Shown here piece after piece: positions 41,622-48,910 of a stretch of 64,000 bases of DNA. Within the stretch, counting starts at the first letter, position 1; every line of letters begins with the position of its first letter. The translations under genes were made by a program, and so were the position numbers. Origin of the DNA: Nitrospirota bacterium. GTDB taxonomy: Bacteria > Nitrospirota > UBA9217. The stretch lies in the NCBI GenBank assembly GCA_963749655.1, contig CAVVOB010000038.1:96001-160000 (forward strand), written 5' to 3'. The notes below the pieces were generated by a model. That model was not told the DNA's origin. It did not search any database and saw only the letters and a list, made by a program, of their open reading frames with translations.

Positions 41622-41915
41622 TTAGTGGTAATCGGTAATTTCCACGTTTTCCACGCCATCATCCGTCCACACAAAACAAACGCGGAACTGATCGTTAATC
41701 CGTATGCTGTGCTGACCTTTCCGATCATGCTTAAGGGCTTCCAGTAAATTCCCCGGTGGAATTTTTAATGACTCCAAGGAAATGACCCCATTTAACTGGT
41801 CGAGCTTACGCTGTGCTATCCGCCAGATTTGATGCGGACAAGTTTCTCTGGCTTCTTTGGTGTTTCTTCTGTCAAAGATGTCCTCAGTGCCCTTGTCGCG
41901 AAACGATTTTATCAC
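41622..41915 (-). CDS. higB: HigB-family toxin (RelE superfamily)
   Basis: IKSFRDK.TE, PPGN.LEAL, GQHSIRINDQFR, VEITDYH; toxin-first gene order. Confidence 0.93.
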   Translation of the reverse strand: MIKSFRDKGTEDIFDRRNTKEARETCPHQIWRIAQRKLDQLNGVISLESLKIPPGNLLEALKHDRKGQHSIRINDQFRVCFVWTDDGVENVEITDYH

Positions 41916-41952
41916 AAGGCGTCCCCGTCAGCATAATTTAACACTACGATAG

Positions 41953-41981
41953 ATTATAACGGATACCGTTATATATGGCAA
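41953..41981 (-). promoter_or_regulatory. higBA promoter with an overlapping palindromic operator
   Basis: TTGCCA-N17-TATAAT; TATAACGG-ATA-CCGTTATA at 41955-41973. Confidence 0.85.
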
Positions 41982-42010
41982 CAGCTATTTGACTGTCATA
42001 ACTGGTATCT

Positions 42011-42256
42011 TTAGCGTTTTCTCTTGAAGAAACTTGCTACCGCACCAAAGATAATGCCGAAACCGCCGCAAAACAGGCAGGTCAGTAATGGCGGTGGACC
42101 GGCATAAGGATTCGATGCAACTTTCATGGCGCCAACCTGGATTAGTCGAAGCCGGGCGCCTCCAAAGAATAATGCAAAGCCAATCAGGGCAAAGAGAAGC
42201 ATCCGCAAATATAGTCGCGATCTCGATTTGGACTCGGAATTATTGTTGATTGTCAT
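42011..42256 (-). CDS. Cassette gene: small two-TM hypothetical protein
   Basis: RBS GAGG and ATG just after the attC at 42273. Confidence 0.65.
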   Translation of the reverse strand: MTINNNSESKSRSRLYLRMLLFALIGFALFFGGARLRLIQVGAMKVASNPYAGPPPLLTCLFCGGFGIIFGAVASFFKRKR

Positions 42257-42272
42257 GAATGTACCTCGCACA

Positions 42273-42332
42273 ATACAACGCGCCGGTCACGCGCCGCCTT
42301 CTGGCGCGTCGCTGTGGACCGGCAGGTTAACC
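42273..42332 (-). other. attC site
   Basis: GGTTAAC (contains the upstream stop) ... GTTGTAT; GT-CAC-GCG/CGC-T-GTG-G-AC stem with extrahelical T and G. Confidence 0.9.
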
Positions 42333-42752
42333 GTACCATTCGCTGATTTTGCAGTGTTCGATACCCAATTGCCGTAACGTCTTCAGTGCCGTTTCTGATA
42401 CGATTAAAGTGAAGTTGCTACTCAGGCCGAAATCATGGAGCCCGGCACGTCCTTCAATTTGAATCCATTGGAAGGCTGGAAGCTCCTTATTTCCGTAGAG
42501 TTCATTAAATTCTTCTGACTTTGAGGTCTTAACCTGTGCCAAACGATAACCAGTTAGCTTGGTTTCTTCCAATGTCGTCGCAGCTGCTTCTGTAATAATG
42601 AAGCATGGAAATGACTCAAGAAGCACGTCCCCCGACCAACCATCAAGTTGGTAGTGTAATCTTTTCACTTTGGGAGGATGAATCGAAACATCGGCATCGG
42701 TACTATCGCCCCACCCACCCGCAACTTCTGGTTCAAGTTCAAAGTATTTCAT
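42327..42752 (-). CDS. Cassette gene: hypothetical protein
   Basis: 141-aa ORF whose stop codon lies in attC R''. Confidence 0.8.
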   Translation of the reverse strand: MKYFELEPEVAGGWGDSTDADVSIHPPKVKRLHYQLDGWSGDVLLESFPCFIITEAAATTLEETKLTGYRLAQVKTSKSEEFNELYGNKELPAFQWIQIEGRAGLHDFGLSSNFTLIVSETALKTLRQLGIEHCKISEWYG

Positions 42753-42816
42753 ATTCTTTCATGGCTAATGATTAACATCCTTGGTTGTCTGTGATGTTTT
42801 ATCCAAAGTCGATTGT

Positions 42817-43140
42817 TTACGCTTTGCCCCCGTGTCCTTTTAGCCAGGGCTTCGCATGAATGGCTTCAATGTCACCTGCCTGCAATAAACGCCACAGAAT
42901 TAGCATGTCTTCTGGTTTCTGATTCACCATATGCCATGGCCCGTCGCCAGATTCCAGATTCTGAAACACGACTTTACCTGACTCATGTGCCGAAATAGTC
43001 CAGCCATCGTCAGCAGTCAACCAACAATCAGGATGTTCCTCGTCAGGTGTTGTTAGCTCTGCCAGGGCTGCGCGCAACTCCTTTTCATTGGGATTGACTC
43101 CTCCTCCGCCCCAGCGTTTTTCGAGGTGTGTCGTGGTCAT
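42817..43140 (-). CDS. Cassette gene: hypothetical protein
   Basis: 107-aa ORF with RBS GGAAGG after a GTTAACT cassette start. Confidence 0.75.
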   Translation of the reverse strand: MTTTHLEKRWGGGGVNPNEKELRAALAELTTPDEEHPDCWLTADDGWTISAHESGKVVFQNLESGDGPWHMVNQKPEDMLILWRLLQAGDIEAIHAKPWLKGHGGKA

Positions 43141-43169
43141 GTTACCTTCCTATTTCTAAAGAAGTTAAC

Positions 43170-44958
43170 GAGTCTGTAGAAAAAGTCGATTTGAAAAGCA
43201 TCATTGATCCCGGGTAGCAAGTTTTTATCAGGGTGAGTTCTTGATTTGAGCTTTTGCGTGATTCAATCGGTCCTGGTCGATCTCGCTACTGCATTTTCTT
43301 TCTCTTTCTGCTTCCCGTTATCTCAACTTTCCGCGAACCCGAACCCGTATCGGTGCACTTTGAGCAGGTTGTGAACCACACAGTATAGCCGCCACTGGGT
43401 GCTTACCTTCTTTTTCCCTCTGAGACTGAAGCGGTCGAGACCGAGACTCGATCGGATGTCAGCAAATACCGGTTCGACCGTCGCCATCCTTCGTCCGTAG
43501 ATCAACTTGCCGGCCACCGAGTCTATCTTCTCTCGCATCTTCTGCGTGAAGGTCTTTTCTTGTTTGTTGGTCCTGCCTGTGAAATGGGAGAACTGGCGCG
43601 TTTCGGTCACCTCGGGGTTCTTCAGGCACTGCGCGCGCTGCGTGCACGGGATACAGTCTCGTTTTGTTCCGTGATACTTGATCGCATGGAGTCCATGATG
43701 ATTCGCGTTGCCGCATTTGTACATCCGTTTCCCGGCCGGGCAGGTGCAGAAGCTTTTATCCGGGCTCACCGTGAAGTCTCTCGGCTGGAAGACGATCGGC
43801 CGGTCGAATTTCTTTGCGATCTCTTTATTGAACCTCTCCTTATGCCTGTCGGCCGTAGCATATCGGGGATCGCGATGACGGAACTTGTTATCCGCGATGT
43901 ATGCGTCGATGCCTTCTTCGATTACCATCTGCACGTTCATTGCGGAATGAAAACCGGCATCGGTCGTCAGTTGGGTCTTTTTGAAGATGTCCTCTTCTTT
44001 TCCGATTGTCTTGAAGTTTCCCCGGGTCCCTTCGACCATGGGTTTAAGTATTGCAGTCTCGGAGTCTCCGGTCGTATCGGCATGGACAACTACCTTGTGT
44101 TTGCTGTCCACCATGGCTACACCGTTGTAACCCTGGACTACTCCGTGCGAAGTCATCATATTCGCGCTTTCGTTGTCGGTTATGTTGCTCTTCCTCGGCC
44201 CCTTGCTGCCGGGCTTGTCGTCGTTATCGTTCATGAAGTCTTTTATCTTTTTGATCTTCGCCTTGAGGGTGGCTATATACTGCTCTTCCTTCTCGATTAC
44301 CGCGTGGTCGGTCTCGGTTTTGTCCCGTTCCTTATGCTGAGCGATCATTGCCTTGATCGCCTTCTCCATCTTTTCTTTTTTACGTCGAAGATCCTTTTTA
44401 GTTCCGCTCCATTCCTTTGAAGCGTTCGAAGGGAGCTTGCAGCCATCGATAGCGAACATCTCTTTGCCGATCAGGCCCATCCGGTCGCAGATAAAGAGTA
44501 CTTCAAGGAAGAGCTTCACCGTCTCCTGGTCGTTCGATGAGATGAAATCGGCGATCGTGGTGAAGTGCGGCCGGGTGTCTGCTGAGAGGGCCATAAACAC
44601 GACGTTCTCGTTGCAGCATTCGGCGATCTTCCGACTGGAGGTGATTCCTTTGGAATAGGCGTAAAGGACGATCTTGAGCATAATCCTTGGATCGTAAGCC
44701 GGTGCGCCAGTTTCGTCGTTCTTATAGCGGAGATCGAAGGCGGAAAGGTCGATTTCATTGTCGATAAGATAGTGGAGCGTATGTTCAAAAGTGCCGGGAA
44801 GGATCTGTTTGTCGAAGCTGAGCGGGATAAATTTGCCTTGGGAATAGTCGTACTCTTTGTACTTCGCCATACGCCTCCCGTGGGTGAGGGGTTTTTGTTC
44901 TTCAGAAGTGCGTTTAGATGGCGCCAGTATAGCATAAAATGACTTTTTCTACACCTTC
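43170..44958 (-). mobile_element. IS1182-family insertion sequence, copy 1 (1,789 bp)
   Basis: Imperfect 18-bp IRs GAGTCTGTAGAAAAAGTC / GACTTTTTCTACACCTTC; AAC on both flanks. Confidence 0.93.
43323..44870 (-). CDS. IS1182-family DDE transposase
   Basis: GAPAYDPRIMLK..YAY..GITSSRKI (DUF772-like), IDG.K, TD.ES, GYN, DAGF, VEPVF, HNL. Confidence 0.92.
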   Translation of the reverse strand: MAKYKEYDYSQGKFIPLSFDKQILPGTFEHTLHYLIDNEIDLSAFDLRYKNDETGAPAYDPRIMLKIVLYAYSKGITSSRKIAECCNENVVFMALSADTRPHFTTIADFISSNDQETVKLFLEVLFICDRMGLIGKEMFAIDGCKLPSNASKEWSGTKKDLRRKKEKMEKAIKAMIAQHKERDKTETDHAVIEKEEQYIATLKAKIKKIKDFMNDNDDKPGSKGPRKSNITDNESANMMTSHGVVQGYNGVAMVDSKHKVVVHADTTGDSETAILKPMVEGTRGNFKTIGKEEDIFKKTQLTTDAGFHSAMNVQMVIEEGIDAYIADNKFRHRDPRYATADRHKERFNKEIAKKFDRPIVFQPRDFTVSPDKSFCTCPAGKRMYKCGNANHHGLHAIKYHGTKRDCIPCTQRAQCLKNPEVTETRQFSHFTGRTNKQEKTFTQKMREKIDSVAGKLIYGRRMATVEPVFADIRSSLGLDRFSLRGKKKVSTQWRLYCVVHNLLKVHRYGFGFAES

Positions 44959-45013
44959 AACACGGCGCTGACGCGCCGACGTTGGCGCGTCGCTGTCGAG
45001 CGCCAGGTTGGTA
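44955..45013 (-). other. attC site regenerated at the IS end
   Basis: TACCAAC ... GTT|GAAG; CT-GAC-GCG/CGC-T-GTC-G-AG stem. Confidence 0.9.
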
Positions 45014-45031
45014 CTTGCATCTCTCTTTTAT

Positions 45032-46012
45032 CTACGCATATCCGGCCCATGCCGAAAGGATTTTCCCTGCTCTCTGCTTGCTGAATCCGCATTCGACTGC
45101 CGTGTCTAGCGTAGTTCTTATATCTGCCTCGCTTGGCTTGAAATTCGGACCAAAAGACCTGCTTACGATTCCCATTGCTTTAATTGTTTCTAGGTCTTCT
45201 GAGAGAAGTGATGCAGCGACTTCGCTTTCTATTATAGTTTTGTGCTTGCCGCCTGACTGTGCAAAAAATGGTATCCGTGCCATCAATGATAAACTACGCG
45301 CTTGTTCAAGTTGTTCAGCACCATCTGGCATTGCGTCGTTCCTAGACTTAATCAATGATGTTTCTAAGGTCTGTAGAATGTCCTGCTCTCGCTCAAGGTT
45401 TCCACCAACTGCGGCGGCTTCTTCAAGCATGTCTTGCGTCTCCTGCAATAGTGATAAAGCGTTAGCCACAGAACTATGCTGACTCATCGCTCGCATTTTA
45501 TCGCTGCAAAAGGATTCGAACTTCTTCTTGTACTGCTTCACGAACACAAGGTCCATTTCCTGTGCATCGAGGATTTCTTGAATTGTAATAATCCTGCGGT
45601 CAGCAGGAAAAAGCAGGTTCCCGTCTCTGCGCTGAAGTTGCCTTTCGTAGCAACCTGGGGCGTCGCTCCATACCTTTTCTTCTTCGGCCCAAGCACGTGA
45701 AAGCCTGTGCGCCGTGTTGACCGGCATATTTTCACCGTATTTTTCGATAAGTTCCTGCATCGTTTGTTCGATATATGCGCGTTCTTCCGGCGACGCGTCT
45801 GCTCGCTTTACACAAATCGAATTTACTGATACAGTTTTTCCTTCGAGGGCACCTTTATCAACAACATCGTGCATTTGTCGAGAAATTTGTTTGCGCTCTT
45901 TTTCTACAAGTATTTTTACATGCTCTGCCTGCTCTTGCGTCAATGTCACGCCGGTATCGCGTTTCGAGAATAGATTGATCGCCGCTTTTATTAAGAAGCT
46001 ACCAATTCCCAT
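45032..46012 (-). CDS. Cassette gene: hypothetical protein
   Basis: 326-aa ORF with RBS GAGGAG, bounded by attC sites. Confidence 0.8.
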   Translation of the reverse strand: MGIGSFLIKAAINLFSKRDTGVTLTQEQAEHVKILVEKERKQISRQMHDVVDKGALEGKTVSVNSICVKRADASPEERAYIEQTMQELIEKYGENMPVNTAHRLSRAWAEEEKVWSDAPGCYERQLQRRDGNLLFPADRRIITIQEILDAQEMDLVFVKQYKKKFESFCSDKMRAMSQHSSVANALSLLQETQDMLEEAAAVGGNLEREQDILQTLETSLIKSRNDAMPDGAEQLEQARSLSLMARIPFFAQSGGKHKTIIESEVAASLLSEDLETIKAMGIVSRSFGPNFKPSEADIRTTLDTAVECGFSKQRAGKILSAWAGYA

Positions 46013-46026
46013 GTCATATCTCCTCA

Positions 46027-46090
46027 GACTAATGCGGCGGTAAGTCGCGGTCCCCGTAGGGGCCCGTCGATCTTGACTGCCTTGATCTCT
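46027..46090 (-). other. attC-like site with non-canonical R boxes (AGAGATC ... ATTAGTC)
   Basis: GT-AAG-TCG-CGG / CCG-T-CGA-T-CTT-G-AC stem with extrahelical G and T and 6-nt spacers. Confidence 0.8.
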
Positions 46091-46165
46091 CCGCGCTTTT
46101 TGCGGAGAAGGCAGTTCCGCGACTTACCGCCGCAATCTTTCCGCGATTGCGAAGCGCGGAGAGAT
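46033..46165 (-). mobile_element. Gene-less 133-bp self-complementary mini-cassette
   Basis: Lies between two attC hairpins; its ends are complementary over 15 bp; no credible ORF. Confidence 0.75.
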
Positions 46166-46217
46166 CGATTGGCATCACTAGCGGCTGTAAGCCGTCCGGT
46201 GGATGCCATGGTTATGC
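46160..46217 (-). other. attC site of the 669-aa cassette; R' reads GATCTCT
   Basis: R'' GCATAAC matches this cassette's start GTTATGT at 6/7; AT-CAC/GTG-G-AT and CGGC/GCCG stems. Confidence 0.8.
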
Positions 46218-46288
46218 AATTAGTTGGCTTCTTTACCAGTTGCAAAGCAATAGATGCCCCCTTGTTTCATAGCAAGCATAGATTTTCT

Positions 46289-48298
46289 TTAAAGTGTCTT
46301 CAGTTTATCAATGACAGTCGGATTTCGGCTAAGTTGCTCAATTGTTTTTTGCACAAATGTATTTAGTATCACGCCGTCGTACTTCCGCTGTTCCGCTTCC
46401 TTAACTTCATGTGCCGCTCTGAGAATTTCACCGGACTTAGCTTTCTTATTGACATGAATCATCCTATCTTGATCCGCTTGCTTCAAAATTTCTGACTGTA
46501 TCTTCCAAATCTCTTTCCAGATATCTGACTTGCTCCATAACGCCTCAAGCGTTTGATCAATTAAGCTCTGGAGTCGTCGATGGGCACGCAATTTCTTCAG
46601 CAACACTACGGGATCGATCGGTTTTGGCTGCGGTAGAGGTGGGAAGGGTGTATTACCTGTACCTGGGATTTGAGGCAACTCCACGGTGATATCTATGAGA
46701 CCCCGTTCGATCAAATCGTGTAAGGCTCTCTCAAGTCTCGCTACCTTAGCAGCATCGAAAGCGTAGATTGTAACGGCCGTTTCGACATAGATTATCGATT
46801 TTCCATAGAAAAAGAACTGACCTTTTGCGACTGTGTTGAATTTATCTACAGATTGAAAATTGAACTCTACTGCTGTATCATTGTCATAGTCAAAAGGGTT
46901 ATTTGTGAATCCATCGAATATTTTCTGACCATCAACAGATAGCGTCGATAAGGTAATATTTTGTGCTGTTGTTTGCCCATGCTTGATTATCACAACGCCC
47001 GATGTTCTAGTTGGGGGGGCGAGATTTCTCTCAACGAATACAGCAAAAATTGGGGATGTAATGTTACCGAGACGGTATGAATAGGTCACTTCAACGTAAG
47101 CCGTGCTTAAGTCGTCATGTCCCCTTCGAACATCAATAGGATTATTTACGATTCTGATCCAACGAAACGGAGCGTCAAGTTGTAGAATTGCGGCTGTTGT
47201 TGGATTCTGGTCTTTAATGAACAGATCAGCATCAGTGATGCCATCATAACCTACTGGTGGACCACCACCTGTCTTATGAACATATGGGTAACAGTCAATA
47301 GCTGGTACTGCATCAACATTAGTCGACCGACAATAGTTATCGTCATCCAGCAATCGCACGGTAACCGTGGAGAGAGCTCGGGGCAGTTTGAGATTGACGG
47401 TGGTACTTCCCGTTCTACTAGAGCACTGTTTGTTGTCTCTGCCCTTGGGAGATAATTCTGACTTAGCCTGACCGGGTCCCTTGTTGTAATTCCAGTTACT
47501 ACCATCAACTTGGACGCAGAAGTAGGGGATGAAACAGCATTGCCAGGAAAAATCCAGATCATAGTCGGCCACGGTTGCTGAACTAATCCCGGTTTGTTCG
47601 CACTTGTTAATTTTCACCAGTGTGCCGTCTTGAAAAGCATAACTTCTGTCCTTGTCGTCGAGAAAGAAGCCATGGTATTCGTCTCCCCTATTGTGTCTAA
47701 GCCGAATATTACTTTGATCACCATTTAAATAGAATGTAAGACATACATCGTCATCATTAAAGTAAATTGGATCATAAATGAAGATAGTTACGTGGGTATC
47801 CGCGCCGCTCGGTGCTCCCTCCCCTTGGATTATTGACCTCTCCTCATATGCATATGCGACAACCCGATGGCTGTCTTCAAGGTGCTTAAGATTGACATCA
47901 TTGGATGACGCAATGAGTGTAAGTGTTACTGGCTTAGATTTATCGAGCAGATCCTTAACGCTTGGCCATTCCTGTTGTGTCATGTGCCCTTGGCTATGCT
48001 TGCGATTCCAATGACCTAAATCTGGACTTTCTTGCCATCGATAGATTTTCCAAAGGGTACTTGCAGGTAAGGAATTTACCTGCGTATCCCATATCTCATT
48101 ATAAAGGGGGTCTCCCTCCGGAGGTTGTGGTATGTTTCTATCGATAGGGATTGCATTATAGAATCTCTGCAGTGCTTTCCAGCACATTCCTCCACAAAAT
48201 CCCATATCTAAGGTGACAGTATCAAAGACAAATGATTTTCTCCAAGAATTACCAAAAGGCCAGCCATGAATTGATGGTCTAAAGTATGTCGTTATCAT
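46289..48298 (-). CDS. Cassette gene: 669-aa protein with a putative N-terminal papain-like Cys-His-Asp domain
   Basis: GFCGGM, SHRVVAY, IFIYDP in the usual order; RBS AGGAGG. Confidence 0.7.
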   Translation of the reverse strand: MITTYFRPSIHGWPFGNSWRKSFVFDTVTLDMGFCGGMCWKALQRFYNAIPIDRNIPQPPEGDPLYNEIWDTQVNSLPASTLWKIYRWQESPDLGHWNRKHSQGHMTQQEWPSVKDLLDKSKPVTLTLIASSNDVNLKHLEDSHRVVAYAYEERSIIQGEGAPSGADTHVTIFIYDPIYFNDDDVCLTFYLNGDQSNIRLRHNRGDEYHGFFLDDKDRSYAFQDGTLVKINKCEQTGISSATVADYDLDFSWQCCFIPYFCVQVDGSNWNYNKGPGQAKSELSPKGRDNKQCSSRTGSTTVNLKLPRALSTVTVRLLDDDNYCRSTNVDAVPAIDCYPYVHKTGGGPPVGYDGITDADLFIKDQNPTTAAILQLDAPFRWIRIVNNPIDVRRGHDDLSTAYVEVTYSYRLGNITSPIFAVFVERNLAPPTRTSGVVIIKHGQTTAQNITLSTLSVDGQKIFDGFTNNPFDYDNDTAVEFNFQSVDKFNTVAKGQFFFYGKSIIYVETAVTIYAFDAAKVARLERALHDLIERGLIDITVELPQIPGTGNTPFPPLPQPKPIDPVVLLKKLRAHRRLQSLIDQTLEALWSKSDIWKEIWKIQSEILKQADQDRMIHVNKKAKSGEILRAAHEVKEAEQRKYDGVILNTFVQKTIEQLSRNPTVIDKLKTL

Positions 48299-48331
48299 TC
48301 TTACCTCCTTTCATATTTGATAATTGTATCT

Positions 48332-48390
48332 ACATAACGCGGGCGTGAGGGGCGCGTCTTTAGCGACCCTCTCGACGCGCTTTGTTAGTA
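48332..48390 (-). other. attC site
   Basis: TACTAAC ... GTTATGT; GT-GAG-GGG-CGC/GCG-A-CCC-T-CTC-G-AC. Confidence 0.88.
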
Positions 48391-48890
48391 GCTGTTGACT
48401 TCTCCGGCTCGCATTTTATTTTGAGCATGGTTGTGGTTTGCTGCAAATTTTCATCCTCGTACTCTATCAAGAAGACGTTCTGATCGTTGTTATCCGGTTT
48501 CTCACGGCTTTCAGAACCCTTCGAATAATATCTGATTGCCAATAACAGCAGCCGCTTTTTGTTGAAATCAACCCAGTATCTGCGGATGTAGTGTATGTAA
48601 CGAGGTGTCTTTCCTGATACATCACCAAAGTTCTGCCAATTCTCGGAATCGGAGGTACACGATACCCATGGATTAGTTATTTGCTTCGAGTAGTAATCCA
48701 AGACGCGTTCGGACGGATAGGAGGCTTCTACTTTAAAGAATAATTCGTTGGCTTTTGCTGTTCCTTCGGATAGCGGAATATGCTGAATGTCTTTTGCTTC
48801 AGGATAAATTGGAAAGGATGCCCAATCGGCACCGAGGACAATAGCAGGCAGTAGCAACATCATTGTCAATGTAAAAACCATGATCCTCAT
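48360..48890 (-). CDS. Cassette gene: secreted hypothetical protein
   Basis: Signal peptide, RBS GGAG; the ORF reads into its attC. Confidence 0.75.
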   Translation of the reverse strand: MRIMVFTLTMMLLLPAIVLGADWASFPIYPEAKDIQHIPLSEGTAKANELFFKVEASYPSERVLDYYSKQITNPWVSCTSDSENWQNFGDVSGKTPRYIHYIRRYWVDFNKKRLLLLAIRYYSKGSESREKPDNNDQNVFLIEYEDENLQQTTTMLKIKCEPEKSTATNKARREGR

Positions 48891-48910
48891 TGTATTTTCT
48901 CCAGACTAAC

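Noticed and set aside
43560-44420. 286-aa plus-strand ORF repeated in each IS copy
   Set aside because: Antisense shadow of the transposase; its conservation follows from IS identity.
44925-44961. Hybrid promoter formed by the duplicated TT plus the IS end (TTGAAG) and TATACT
   Set aside because: The spacer is about 23 bp, too long; an extended -10 (TGcTATACT) inside the IS is enough to explain it.
46024-46366. Short ORFs (73 aa minus, 97 aa plus) over the mini-cassette
   Set aside because: They cross attC boundaries, lack an RBS or recognisable motifs, and run through palindromic DNA.
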